Below are positions 38,001 to 55,929 of a stretch of DNA of 64,000 bases, in pieces. The notes beneath the pieces are model-generated. The model saw nothing but the letters and a program-made list of their open reading frames with translations, was not told where the DNA came from and made no database searches. The stretch's first letter is position 1; every line of letters starts with the position of its first letter. A program made the translations under genes and the position numbers. The stretch covers positions 248,001 through 312,000 of the forward strand of contig NC_134026.1 of NCBI RefSeq assembly GCF_964204645.1, in the 5' to 3' direction. This stretch comes from Tubulanus polymorphus (lineage: Eukaryota; Animalia; Nemertea).

Positions 38001-39882
38001 CGGGTTTATTTTCTGTGCGTTTTTCATCATTGTCCTTCGATGTGAATTCTGTCGAATTCTTTGACATTGTTTGCTGCTAGTTATTTTACGCGCGCTGTCG
38101 AATCTTATTTCAATCAATTTGTGAATTCAACTGAGAAATGTTTTGGCAACAAAGTTTCCCCAGTTAAAGAACGTTAGAACTATTTACTGTAAGCAGAAAT
38201 AACTCGGTCATTGTCGTCTTTTTTCTGAGTTCCGAACCATTTTCCGGTAGACCGCGCCTTTCATTTGACTTTTCATCAATTCGATATAGAAGCGCAGAAT
38301 TATACTCTTTATAATGGTGTATAATATACATTGATTTCATAACACAATAAAGCGACATATTCTTCTGAAAATTCATTGTCCATTTTCGAAGTGAATTTGA
38401 TTAGAATCCGTTTATTCTTCACCATATTCAACAAACAACTCGCGGTGGTAAAAAAAACGATCTGCCCAGAATACAATGGGGTTGTGTAGACCGCTTGTTA
38501 GCTTGTCAATCAATCTGCCAACCGCCATTTAAGACCTATCAAACTTGACTTGTTTAAGGTGTACGACGGCTCCAAAGAAGCTAAATTGACGGTTCCCGTC
38601 TTAAAATAACCTTGCGCCAAGTCTTAATAAGCCGAAATTGGGAGTTATTAAATGCGGGACAATGTTCGATCTTAGCATCGTGACAGATAATTACATATAG
38701 GGTTAAGAAGGCGGACTATATTAGCCGAAACTACACGGTATCGCACACGGTTCTTGTACCAGTTTGAATTGCAAACGGTCTCTTTTTACTGGAAACGTCA
38801 AATAAAGCGGCGTCAATCGTCAAACTGGCGCGCTACAAACCAGCTGATGAGCTGAACGAGCGATCATCGCGTCACCTAACTCAGTTGAATTGTCGGTTTT
38901 AATTTGTTTTGCATGGATACAATGTTAGTTTAATTGAGAGTTTTCATACTATATACGCGGTTATAATAGACAGTCGATTGTGTCGTTTGGCGCATAAAGA
39001 ATCGCCTGGATCTTGATCGACGTCAAAAAAGGGTGACGTTAACGGAGTATTTTTGACAGGAATTTAATTGCGTTAAAGCCGAGCCAAATCGTATCCATGT
39101 CGCCCGAGGCTTTTCTCGGTGAATATTATGAAGAATGGTTAGATTAGGTCCGCTTCGCTGTTATGTCATTCTTTAAAAAAAAAAGTCGAATGATTATCTT
39201 AAAATATTCGAGAGAAAAAAATAAGATGCATGAAAATAATTGGTTCATATTTATTTAATTTCAATTTGATTCACTGTTCAAACCCAGATCCTCGGATATC
39301 AAAACGGACATTAGTGAAACAATATATTTCAGAAAAAAAAAACCGGACAATTTTTCAAGGTAATTTTAGTGTTATCTCAGATTTTTAGGTATTAAGAATG
39401 AGATAAGATTTAGTTTTTTAATATCCGAATTTACATAGAATGTTTGGCATTGACTTAATTCCAAAAAGATTGGAACTTAATAGCGGTCTAATGTACCTTA
39501 CCAGGATCCAGTTCCGTGATATCTTACAATTAAACTCAATGGTCGCCATTGTTAATTCATTTCTCATAAAGATTATATAATTCATAATACACACAAAATG
39601 ATACATAGGATTAAAGGACTATTTACAATAAAAAATATTGAAAATAAACTGATTGTAAGTCAAAGTTAAAACCGACAACTAGAACAGCATCCTGAGCCAC
39701 AGTTATGAGTTTGAGCTAACTCTCTTCGGTGTCTAAACTTTACTCACAATTCATACAGAACTGGATCCTGAAGTTTGAAACTAGGACCCGTTCTGAACTA
39801 AGGGTAAAACAAATAGACGTATCTAATCATTAATGGAGTGAGAGAAATAAAAGAATAACGTCTTCAAATATGTATAAAACCC

Positions 39883-40097
39883 AATAGAACGATAACCACA
39901 CTCAAACGTGGTGAACGGTTAATAAGATAAACCCACTATCTACAGATTGAAAGATCACCTAAATATCAAAAACACACCTGACGACGATCTTTAGGGTGAG
40001 ATCGAAACGTCGTGTATTCTATATATTTTAGATTGAATAAGAGAATTCTTGTTTTAAAATTCTTTTAATCTGTAAATAGTGGGTTTTTATCTTATTA
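39883..40097. mobile_element. Penelope-like fold-back relic, copy 2
   Basis: Shares AATAGAACGATAACCACACTCAAACGTGGTGAACGG and the long inverted arms with 3057-3251. Confidence 0.6.
39974..40015 (+). ncRNA. Minimal type I hammerhead ribozyme motif (PLE-type)
   Basis: ACAC-CUGACGA-C-GAUCU(UUAGGGUG)AGAUC-GAAAC-GUC-GUGU: full core, stem II, palindromic ACGU stem III, GUC cleavage triplet and 4-bp stem I. Confidence 0.55.
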
Positions 40098-42437
40098 TGT
40101 ATAAAACCTGATTAACCCCACATGACTATTGAACAGTCTGTAACCGCCACGGATTCTGTTGTGTTTTCTAAGCTCATTAATTCAAGCAATTTGCTACATT
40201 TACCGGACGTTTTGACGACATTTCCCAGTGTTACCGGCTAACGATTTATTTTCCGAAGACATCTCATTTCCGACGATAATTTCCTATCGTGTTTATCGGT
40301 CTACAAGGACCAGAGAGTATCTGTATCGTGATCGAGTTGAGATGGTAATTTGAACGTAAAGTTGTTCGACGGTTTTTCGCCCATGGGATGCAATTTATTG
40401 ATGATCCTAATTGCTAAGCAGTGTCACAAAGTTAGATGGTAATGATATAGCGATGTGGTTAGACACTTAAAATCGCTGAGGGCTTTTTCAATCACCTCTC
40501 TTGCTATTCAGCTTATTTTATCGCGAGGAGGCGAAGAAAAGATGATGAGGTTGAAACAACGACAAATTAACAGAAAACGGAGAAAAGTAAATTCAGCAAA
40601 TCGTGATCAGTACGAACCATTTAGGGGTTCGAACCCGGTAGTTTTCATAATTTAAATCTGGATGTATTTTTGCATCGTGTAGCGGTATTAGATCCTAACT
40701 TACCAAATTAAATGAAAAAAATGGCAAAATGCTACGAGAGCCGCGCGTAAGATTTTCTACTGGTTTTTAACTGCTAATAAAATCATCGATTTCACACACG
40801 GTTCATCCGCAATATTGAAAGTCGTAATCCGATATAATTAAATCGGAATAGTTGAGAATTATTATCAATAGTTAGTCGACTATCATTAGTTTTTTCGATT
40901 GTTTATTATTCGGATTTCCTCGTACAAATAAATAGGATTATGATGGGTGTGTGAGACAGACGGATTCATAACGAATTTGATCCTTGTTCAATTAATACGG
41001 CGTGAATATAAAATATTTCGTCGAATGAATAAATTGATAAAAATGAATATAAATCTTCGTCGTCGAAGATCGATTCAGTTTTTGTGTTTGAAGGTATTAT
41101 CTGGTTGGAACAGAGGACATCGTGACTATCTGAAAATATGACCGGATCAACACACCTCTTACAAACAGTAACCGTATTAGGTTTGTTTGCTATGTGACAA
41201 TACGGAGAGAACGAGTGAGCGAGTGCGGACGGTTCGGTCGGTCGGTCGGTCTCTGAGTTGGTTGTCACACAGGTATATTACTCGTCCCTTATCTACGTTC
41301 TTCATTTGGCTGCATTAAAACTTCATTACCGGCGGTAAATAACGTTTATTTGGACTAATAAATTGGAGTAACGAGTTTAATAGACAGCGTTAATAGATTG
41401 CGGACAATGCCGGTTTTATGACGAGAGACAAAATGATCTTCGCCATGCGTGCCATCACGGATCCGCACAAAACCTTAACTTGTAATAATATTTACCGAAG
41501 TTTCGCAAATAGCCCTGGCCAGTATCGTAGCGTCAATGCGCGTCTACGACGAATTTTTAAGAATATCGCGTTGAAATAACCGCGGTTTGTTTGGTCTAGA
41601 GTTGGTTGACGACAAATCTCGATAAATAAAATGAATGAGAGGAATTTAACGGACTAGGCCTTTGGGCTATCTCTACGTGTGTTCAAATATCTGCATCAAG
41701 CTCCGAAAGCTTTATATATGTTCTGAACTGTTTCTCGCTCAAATGCCGTACATTCCAAAAGTTGCTAGGACTAAAAGGGAGACAAAGGTTTTTTAGAACG
41801 ACTTTTGTGGATTTTTTCAGCCGAAATCAACACGCAAAAAAACGTGTTGTTATTTCGTGTTGGAATGAACTATTCGCGCTTTCGATGTTCGGCCTAAATT
41901 ACTGTTTTCATAAAACACGACTTTATAGTTCCATAATCAAAATAATACGAGACAACACAATCTGCGAGCGCAATGTGGATCGACTGAGTAGAATTAAATT
42001 CCATATATTTTACCCTCAGGGGTCGGTAAATTATTTCTGATGAGAATTCAAAGTCGGCAAAACACAAAGAATGGGATTCGATCTGGTTTGTGGTTGGTTT
42101 TTGGGAGAGTGCACCGAGCGTTCTAATATCCGCAAATTTAGATTAATTTTCAAGGTATTGTGGGACGCGAGGGAACTCACTGACTAGTAGAGTGTGGAGT
42201 GTGCAGTGTAATCAGGATTAATTCAACTCCCAAATGATAGCGACTGAGGAAAAATTGACAGTAACTTCTGTGAGACATTTAAAACTGACTTCGAAGTTCA
42301 GTATAACCGAACTCACTATAAACAAATCTTATGTGAAAATCAAACAAAAACCTCAAAACGTATTTCGATTTCACTTATATGTGACACGACTTCTAATTAT
42401 TCAAGTCATATTCTAACCTCCAACTTGTAGAACAGGA

Positions 42438-42505
42438 CACCGGTCCCACCGAGCCCACCGGTCCCACCGAGCCCACCGGTCCCACCGGTCCCACCGGTCC
42501 CACCG
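42438..42505. repeat. 9-bp tandem repeat (CACCGGTCC / CACCGAGCC)
   Basis: Directly visible, about 7.5 units. Confidence 0.9.
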
Positions 42506-44818
42506 TTTATCTGAAGTTTTGGTTGAATTTAACCCTCTTGCACCCAGCTACACAGTTCGCAAACACAAAGTCATACTTAATAGATAACTATCGAACTGGG
42601 TCCTGATTCTCAGACGAAGACTGTTGCTTAATGTCTTCATTTCAGCGCTCAATTTAGTTGTTTATATATTTTTATATATTATTTCACATTTATTCTACGG
42701 GAATACACGATATATTGATGTCCTATCAGACCGAATTACTGCATAATTCTACAACTATATTCATCTAGTGACATTATGATTTATAACAGACTCGGGATAC
42801 TGGTGAAAACAATTAATTCTCTGCGGGTATCGTGTGTGTAATGATCTTACGTCGTAGAAACTATTTCATACTGCAGAAGATTATTAATGATAAATATATG
42901 ATAATACGGGTAGATTCTTTTTTTTATAAAATGCATTCGTCATTGCGGAAAAGCGCCGTCTCTGTGTTTACAGGAGAGAAAAGCGATTTATATTTAATTT
43001 GTTTCCGATAACAATTGTTTGACGGCTCTAAAAGGTGTTTCGGTTTCGGCCGACCGAATTCGCGTATAGAAATTGCCCACGGTATTTCAATGCGAGCTAG
43101 GTCGCTAGATTAATTACGGAGGTTTAATGATGTTTTAATGATCAGCCATTATGCACAGGTAAAAATGAAATGATTTATACTAAATAGCGAACGTAAAACT
43201 ATTAATCTTTTGGAAAAACATTAATTTACGTTTATTGATGATGATTCAGTTTTTTTCAGCAGACATGTCGCCCACTTTCATACCGTTTCAAATCAGACTT
43301 TTACAAAAAATACAATTCCGTGACATTATTCTATGGTTTCTATGTGTATGTTATCTTTTTATATCTGTCTGCATAGATACGACTGGACGACATGTATTTA
43401 TATATATAAAACAAGTCGCTAGTTTTTTTACTAATAATTTCTTTCTGTCTGACTTGAATACTTGAAAACACCCTAACAAAATTAAAACTCACTAAACACA
43501 GATTTATGAGATTAAAAACTGAATATATTTATGAAATTAGAATACACAACATGTTCGGACTCTCTCTAGATGCCATCGTCAAATTGCTTGGAAAACTATC
43601 ATAAAATCAATGTTATAAATTTTCTTGAACTTCCTAGAACTTCCTTAATCTCAACCAGAGATTGCTCTGAAATACTGACATGTCTGCACCACTGGGCTTT
43701 ACTCAGTGGGTTAGACCAGGACAGTTCAGTCAGGTTTTTCCAACGTATAATATAGAGATGCTATTATTAGTGTCCATGAAATGCGTCATTACTGCGCAGT
43801 TAACTATAGTAGTGATAATGAGAGACGACAGGAGCTGCACTAGCAGACTGATGTGGGATACTGGATTCATCTCCATCCCCTGCTCCGTATCTCACGGGTG
43901 GCACATCTGTATGCACTCGCTCACCGCATCTACGATTCAATAAGTCCCCGTGACGAAATTCACTCGTCATTGGATTACGGAGACAGTAACGATTAGAGGC
44001 AATGTTTACATTAGGTTTCAATGCAGAATGCGCCTAATCGGTGTTCGGACAATTCACTCCCAGGTGTTTAGAGGCTCTATCTCACCGTCACATTTCCTGC
44101 AATAAAATCCTCATTAAATCTGGTAAACATCGGCTATTTAGACTAATCAATCTAGCTATAACCACAGTAACTAGTTCTAATAGATAGAATGTGGCTCAGC
44201 GATTGTAACGCGCTATTGTTAGTGAGTAAACACTGTCCGAAACGGAACGTGCTCGACTGGCGATATTTCACAAAAACTTGCGAAAGAAAAATATTGACTT
44301 GTTTAAACTTAATCATTAAGTATCCGATTGTGAAGTCGTTCGAATAATAGAGATTCGTGCAATTCAAATTGAGATGGTCGTCGAGAACTGTTTAATAAAC
44401 TCAGATTTAATGCAGTTAGCAACGTAATTGTGTTTAATATCACACGATTTCATTAATTAACTATAAGCGATGAGCGGTTGCCTTTTAATTAACCATCTGC
44501 TTCGAGAGACCAACTTCCGGAACGGTGTTTTCGCATTCTACAAGTTCCATAGTTACATCGGATGAAATATTTATTGACTAGTTTACGGTTAGGCTTTGTG
44601 GCAAGCGAGGATCCACCAGACGGCAACAGTATCGTGCATGAAAATTACGATGCCGGATTTCTTCATTTGGATTTAACCGAAATCGATCTATCATTTTCTC
44701 AAAAACGATAAATAGTACCACGTACAAACCCTAGATATCTACCTAATTTGCCGAATATTTTACGTGGTTGGCTAAAAATCTAGATGAAATTTTGATCGGG
44801 TATGTCCTACTGTTGGGC

Positions 44819-44832
44819 GCGCCATCTGGTGA
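44819..44832 (-). promoter_or_regulatory. CTCF-like binding motif
   Basis: rc TCACCAGATGGCGC closely matches the CCACCAGRKGGCGC consensus. Confidence 0.4.
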
Positions 44833-45827
44833 GATAGATAGGGCACGGGTACGGGCTCGTTAGGGAGGTAGCGCTAATTTTGATAGAAAACAATACTGAA
44901 AATAACGTGCGACAAACTATTAATCATATCACTAAGATTTAAACCTTGACCCAGCCCTCGCTACACACAGGTATTCGCTTCTCCAAGTTCTTTCTGTTCG
45001 CATATTTCGCTTCAAAGCGATGACCAGGAAAATTAAACCGGTTTTTCGAATCTCTTAAGATAAGAGGTTATAAACTAATTAGAACATTGCCGCGCACTGG
45101 TGTTTTATACAGAAAGATGATGACACGTTATTAATCAGTGCGTACTCGGAATATAATTGAACTAACATCTGTGACCCTGACACAGACTGTAGAATTAGAT
45201 GTCTTATTACTTTTTTTGTGCAGTCTATATCGAGTCGTCAAAAGACCCGTAGTTTGATTTCGATAAGAAACTATAGCCTGATTGACAGTAATACCGTTAG
45301 ATGTGTGGCGACATGTGTTGCTGTTTTCATTTATCGATGAAAAACTGTATAGAATTGTCTAGAAATATATTATTTACCGGCGCTATCTCATCCAGGGACC
45401 TACATACAATATATATACATCATTAACTTCGTATTTTCTGGTCACAATCGCGCAAAAAAAATCACAATAGCGAAAATAACCGTTTTTTGCGATCAGCGCC
45501 AATCTGCCTACTGATAGAACGACGCATGACCCGACCGAAGCGTGGCGAAATAGATTAGATAAAAATTGGAAATAATTTTAAAAATTTCTCAAAACAAAGA
45601 CGTTTTTGTGTCTATGATTTTTAATGTATCTCTTCTCAGTGTGAGGCCAGTGCAAAATATCCTATTCACGCACTACATACTCTGTGTGTACAGACCAGCC
45701 GGGAGATCCTGGACTTAAGGACTTTCCTGGGCTCACTGAACACAGGTTGAATCAAGTTCGTAGTCGAATTAAATACTCCAATCCGTGTAAACTGTAGATG
45801 ATTTCCCACAATAGAAGTTTATATGAT

Positions 45828-45906
45828 AAACGTTTCGGCTGTTAACTTACAGCCATCATCAGGTGGAATGGTGGAATCATCATTCCACCTGATGACGGCT
45901 GTAAGT
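45828..45906 (-). mobile_element. PLE-type hairpin relic with degenerate hammerhead core
   Basis: Minus strand CTGATGA-T-GGCTGT(AAGTTA)ACAGCC-GAAACGTT, with an inverted partial copy CCTGATGACGGCTGTAAGT; stem I partner missing. Confidence 0.45.
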
Positions 45907-46640
45907 GGACTTCATTCAATTCTGGTTGAATCAAGTACTCATTGACACAAAGATGAGAAATCTCAACCAGACTCCTTGATTTAATGATTATCATAATATT
46001 TTGTTCAATGAAGCTTTGAATCCCACAGATTCACAAATCGATCCAATTTCTGGTTAATCTATAAATAAATCTAAACTCAAACAATTTTTGCGAAACTGGA
46101 CGCTGAAAAATATCGATTGACTTGTAGGGATGTTACCCAGTTGTGAACTATATCGAACTCCTCAATGTGCCATCAATTCTTGAGGTTCTATCAGTCCACA
46201 ACAATTCTCTCTCAAGATACAGACATAAAGAAACTAACAATCGTGAATTTATTGAAGATTTTCTTGTATTATAGATAATAATCATAATAATAATGTTAAT
46301 AATAAATATAATTTCATGATTTATATACAGCGGATTATATTTTACATATAAATATTTACAATATTGTTTTTTTCAACGAGTAATAAAATGCGAATTTTTA
46401 ACGGCAATGGTTCATTCAAATCCGCGGCCGCATCGTTAAAGTCCAAGTCTTTCCACATCTTTTAAAAAAATGCACTTAACACCGAAAAATATTTCTAATC
46501 CGAATGTTGTTTATATTCTTCTCAGCACCAACGTGATCAATCCTAGCAATATGGCCACAAATACATAAATCATAATCTATAGTTCTATATTGCACTATTC
46601 AGCGTTTTTTCATTTCGTGTATTTTTACGTCAGTTTATTT

Positions 46641-50295
<3,655 letters not shown>

Positions 50296-50544
50296 CTTAT
50301 CGTTCAGTTTATAATGAACTATGAATGTTTGATATTATATTCCAGAATGAGTTGATATGAGAGAGCGAGAGAGACGCGCTGAAGTGAATAAACCAACTGC
50401 CACAGCGGTTTCACTTGTAATAACAATCATTCGGACACTGTTAAACCTGATATCACATTCGCGCGCAGCTCGTGATGAGTTTATGCATTAAGTAAATTAC
50501 CCGGCAGTATTTTTTTCATTAGAACACCATTTGCGTTAAAGACG

Positions 50545-50660
50545 GACGCGTCACGATTGGTCCGTCTTTTGATCATCCGTCATAATGCGGTGCGCTATTG
50601 GTCACGGTGACAGTAGGCGTGTCACACGAGTTTCACGACGCTTCTCGGTTTGATTGATCT
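50545..50660 (-). promoter_or_regulatory. Emx proximal promoter candidate with CCAAT boxes
   Basis: GATTGG at ~50555 and TATTGG at ~50595 (CCAAT on the Emx strand), 250-300 bp upstream of the ATG in CpG-rich context. Confidence 0.35.
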
Positions 50661-53600
50661 ACTGTATTCACATTGTATTGTAATCGAAGAAACTAATTTT
50701 GCCGCAAAACGAGGATGACTTTACCTTCACCATAATGCGAGGCACAAACCCGGAATCGACGAACGTGGGTCACCGAACAAACCGATGTGTATAATGAATT
50801 TATCAATTTGAAACTTTTTTTCTGAAAGAAGCTGCTGTTGGTTATATAGAAAATCCCACACTCAAGAGAATAACAAGTCCGTTAGGGTTTCCTTTATGAG
50901 TAGAGAATCCTACAATAGTAACGAAAAAGAATGTGATATAAAGTATTCCAGTATAGATGACTATTAGAATATAGTGGAAACGTCGAATAAACTACACTAG
51001 CTCTAGGAAACATTTATTCACTTTATATCATGGGATTCTCTACACATTTCGTCACAACACGAATATAGTTTTTTTTATCAAAGGTTATCAAAGGTTTCCT
51101 TTAGTTGAGGATTTATTTTCAACGTTTTGATTATACATCCTATAGTAAGAAGTCATCAGGAAACTCGAGTTACAGAAGAATTCTGATATACAGTCGCTAA
51201 AGTAATCTGGATGTATGACAAATTAAGGGTGATACAAAGTAAAAATAACATGCTCTTGGTTATTTCTTATCTAACATCAATATTTCTATCTAACAAAATT
51301 GAACTTTATTCTTCGCGCGTCGTTACTTGCGCAAAAAAGAACTAGGAAATATTGAATACGGTTTGTTTGAAGCTCGGAGGCTGGGGGGGGGGGGATTATG
51401 AGACACTGGGAGGTGTGGATATACCGTGCAGTCTCCGCTAGCGGCTGGGTTATAGTCAGAGGTCGTCGCGACGACGAAACAAGAAGCCTCTGGCAAATAT
51501 ATTCAAATCGTTTAAGATTAATTACCTGACGATCTAAATGGTGTTTTAATGAGGCCTAGTTTACAGTGGTTTCTACCCGTGTTTACGAGTCTGCACCGAG
51601 ATGGTTCTGTAATATCGTATCAGTGAATAAATTCTCAACACTTGGATGAGTTTGAAATATGATCGCTCGGTCTGAAGTGTAAGTCCATAGGCTACAATGG
51701 CTATAATTAATTGCGTTATACGCCTCGTCATCTTACACAATGACAATTGAAGTTTAATTACCCTTAATGGTTTCACTTTAGTCGTATAACCAGTTTATAT
51801 TGATACTCATCGACGATGAGTTTGGACGGTTTTCATTCGGCATAGAAAGTCTTATTTGAATTGGGCACTAATCACCGAGCGATTAGTTCAAAATTGAATT
51901 AAATGCACGTGTCTAATTTATCAAACGTCAAAATATTTTTAAGGAACATTTTGCGACCTGCCCGCTTTATTTTCGAATGCGCAGAATACCTGCGCTCGCG
52001 TGAACTGTGGTCGAACTGTTCATCCAAGGAATACACGCTTATAAACGCAATGGCTGAATAAGCGTGAAGAAAAGCTTCTCAAGTCGACCTTGCCTTAGTT
52101 GGGACGAACATTATGCTGTAACTTATCAAAAACAGCAAATGCGACCAGTTGCACTACGTCATCAAAGCGCTCGCCTGTCGTTATAGATCAGGAATCAGTA
52201 TCAGCGGAGTGAATATTCTATTCGTCTCGAAGAAGGATTCTTCTATCAGATTATTACACCTCCAACCCCTCCGTTTTCAAATTCATTAGTCCTCTAGCAA
52301 ACAGCACGCCAAATCTATGTAGAAAATTAGCATGCCATTTTAATGAAATATTTAAACGTAGCTAGTTCCTACACAGAACTCTGACTTCAAATTTCACTAC
52401 TATTTCAAAGCAGACTGCGATAGATTTTGTTTAATCATATTTCCCATCCAAAAATGAATATATACTATATTCTGCAAACAAATTGAATTTGAAATACAGA
52501 TTCGGAATCACTTGGCGATTCACTCTCCCCCGTATTTTTTAAAGTGTTCGAGTCAATCACGTGCACCGGCGGGATATTCGAGGGACTCATTAGAGGGTTA
52601 TAAGATTGATCCAATCCAATAGAAGCGCGTCGCCAGTGCCCTAAATAGAATCTGTCAAAATGTCTAAAGACGCCAGAATCGACACTAAATGGCAACCGTC
52701 AAAGCTCCAATTACTAACTTTGACAGGTACAAGCGCAATAGACACCGCTACTACATTTAGAAATAATCCTGTCTTCAAACCTAAATGACATTGTACGTTT
52801 GACAGGTATCTGTGTTTTTATATAATAGCGGTATTCTAAGCAGAGAATTCTATTAATTCTATTTAAATCTGAATCTAATAATTTGTTGTTTTCAACGATT
52901 GCAAAGAGTTTTCAGTCAAACAGCATTTACCGCCTTGTCATTATTTCATTATTCTGCATGTATTTTGCATTATGAAATATTTCATTTTTCCGTAACTAGT
53001 TTCGCAGTTGGTGCTGTCTTTTGAAATGTTGGTGAAATTTGGATATACCACTTCTAGTTGTAACCTCGCATCAAATCACTAATATCTGTAACGGAAATTA
53101 ATGTGAATATTCTGATATATTTAGTAATGTTTATAGATCGATACCTTCTTCAATTCGTCTTTATACACATTTTCAAGTGATATTTCCATCAATTTCAAAT
53201 GCTCAGAACCGTTATTTCTTTGATCTTAGCCGCGTGTATCTCTTAACAGTGAGAAATTTGACTACGAATTGATCGTTACGAATACATCATTTCATACTAT
53301 ATAGGAACCGGTGTAACCGCGATCTGAATAGATTCGAATGCGCCCACAATTATTCGAAGTCCCTATGTAATCAATAAATAGCCGGGCGGATAGCACCTGT
53401 GTACCGAGTATTGTCTTAGCCCGTCATCGCTGCGACGTAAATTATTGCATTAAACACCCAGTTTATTGTCTATAAGAATTGAAATAAATTGTTGGCGGTG
53501 AAATATTTCAGGTATTCATCATCAGCTAAACAGATCGTATGACCACAGTGTCTGGTTAGAGAGGTAACACGTGGCTATAATTTCGTATACAGATATATAT

Positions 53601-55929
53601 TTAAGTATTCCCTTATTGTCCAATATGTCTTCAACAGGTGGATATACGAATGTATGTTTTTCAATTTATAACAACAGTGAATTAATAATTGCCTCGTAAA
53701 GTCATCTTTCTTCCTCGCAGTCTGGTATTAAGTGCCTGCCAGATATTTATGTCGGTATCTTATGCAGATAACTTCCACATGTAGAAGACTTTAAAATGTG
53801 TGAAAGCCACATTTATCGTGCGCCATGTGATAATTATTTATATAAGTCCCTTGTTCCTTGCCGTTTATAGGCAGTTATCATTTAAGTAACTGTCAACTTC
53901 TGGTGGAAATATTCCTTAATCTTAGGTCTTAGGAACCCGGTTTAATTTCAAAAATTGACGAGTTCTTCCGGTAAGATAAGATTATCTCCAGTGAAGAAAA
54001 TGCATGGTCTTCTGTTAGATAACTTTAATCTTCTAGGCCCGGTTTTGTGAACTGGTATTGTCGAGGATGGTACAGTTTATAAAACCAACCCCTGGTGGGT
54101 GTTACATTATTGTAACATGATCATGATGTTCATTTCCTGTCAAATTATATAAATTCTGCCATTTTCTTATATTGATCTTTTGTATTAATCGGCTCTGCGC
54201 ATATTTCTTTTGTTGAGCAATACACTTTGAATTAAATTGAATTGGATTGATTTATACCGTGGGGAAATCCAGTCCGCTATAGGCCAGTAGAACTAGTCCG
54301 CTATAGGCCAGCAGAACTAGTCCGCTAGTCCGCTAGTCCTGTGGTTATACAGCTTGTAAACACTAAACACATTCGTTGTTTTTATTTTAGAGTTGCTGAC
54401 TACATGACGTTGAGTTTGGAGACCCAGTTTACCCGTATAAATACATGAGCGCAATGTATCTACACCGATATGGCGCATCCCAGACACAATCAAAGATTTC
54501 ATACAAACCGAAAAGCCGCCGCGGTCGAAAACTATTATACAGGCGGCGAGATGAAAGCACTCGTAATTTGGAAATAAAAGGTGTATTAACGGATGGAATA
54601 TGGCACATGGTGGCATCCCCAATTCAATGTAATAATAGACGATGCAATATGTGGCCATATCTTAAATGCGGCAGACGCGAGACGCGGGCGTCATTTGTAG
54701 AAATCGAGCCGAGAAGAATAGAACGTTTCAAGTTGGGAAAAAATGAGTTTCGAACGCGCAGCGAATCTGTTACACGCAGTTTTTATACCGATTGTCATGC
54801 GATATCTCGAATTCGGTGCAACAAACGCACAAAGCTTCCAGGTTTATGAATGCAGTTATTTTATTCGATTCCTAGTTCTTGTGATTATTCATTTCGCTCT
54901 ATAGAAAATCGTATATAGTTAGTTAATTCCTGCCGCTATAGATAGTGTCATCGATGAAATCACATATTGATGTTAATCATCACTCGGTCTGATTTGATCA
55001 GAAATTAGTGCGCATTTTCCCCCGGTTAACGGACAATTCATCTTTTTATACATGGACGGTCAATTGAAAATTGAATAGTCTGAATGTATCGTTCGTTTGA
55101 TGAGCGTTTCGATGGAAAACCAAACTTATTTCCTAGCGTGCGTGGAAAATAACATACTCCATTAACCTTTTGATGGAGCACATTCTCAACCTGTACGCTC
55201 AATTGATGTAAATTACCTACCAAACGAAGCCATTAAATCTAAATTAACGCACGTAAGGTTTTCATCTCACGTTTTCCTGCATGGCTGCACAAACCGTAAA
55301 TGAAACTGGAAACATCCGAGATGAAATATAAGCAGAGTAATGTCGGGTAATTTCTTTTGGAAATAAATCTATTAGGCTTTATTAATATGGATTATTATGA
55401 TAGGAAAACTAGAATTTGCAGTAATATAGATGTTTTAGTTTATGAATGAATAGTCATTGGTCTTTATCACGTCTACTTTACGCTCCATTTAGCGAATCGT
55501 AACCGTTGTCAAAGCTGGCACACGCAAGCCGGATGCTTCATCAATCTAACCACAAAATATTCATTGCTTTTCGACTTGCTTCAACAAACAGAAGCCGGTT
55601 TGATGCTTTCTTTCGTGTTTATGTTCCGTTCTTATAAGGAAATTATTAAATCTCTTATTATAGAATAATTTTGCGCCTTTCTACCGGCGATAGAAATACT
55701 GCACCTGGAAACAAAAATGCCGAAGTTTTTTCAATAGAATGGTCATTACTTTTGGAACCTAAATTTGATTTAAAAAACTTAAAAATATATATGACTATAT
55801 TTACACCAATATGATATCGTCTTGGCCGAGAAACACTTTAATCAATGATGGAAAATATATCTGACCATCAGACGTGTTTCTACTGGCAACAGTTGAATGC
55901 GTTATTCGATGTACGGAACGGCCTGAAAA

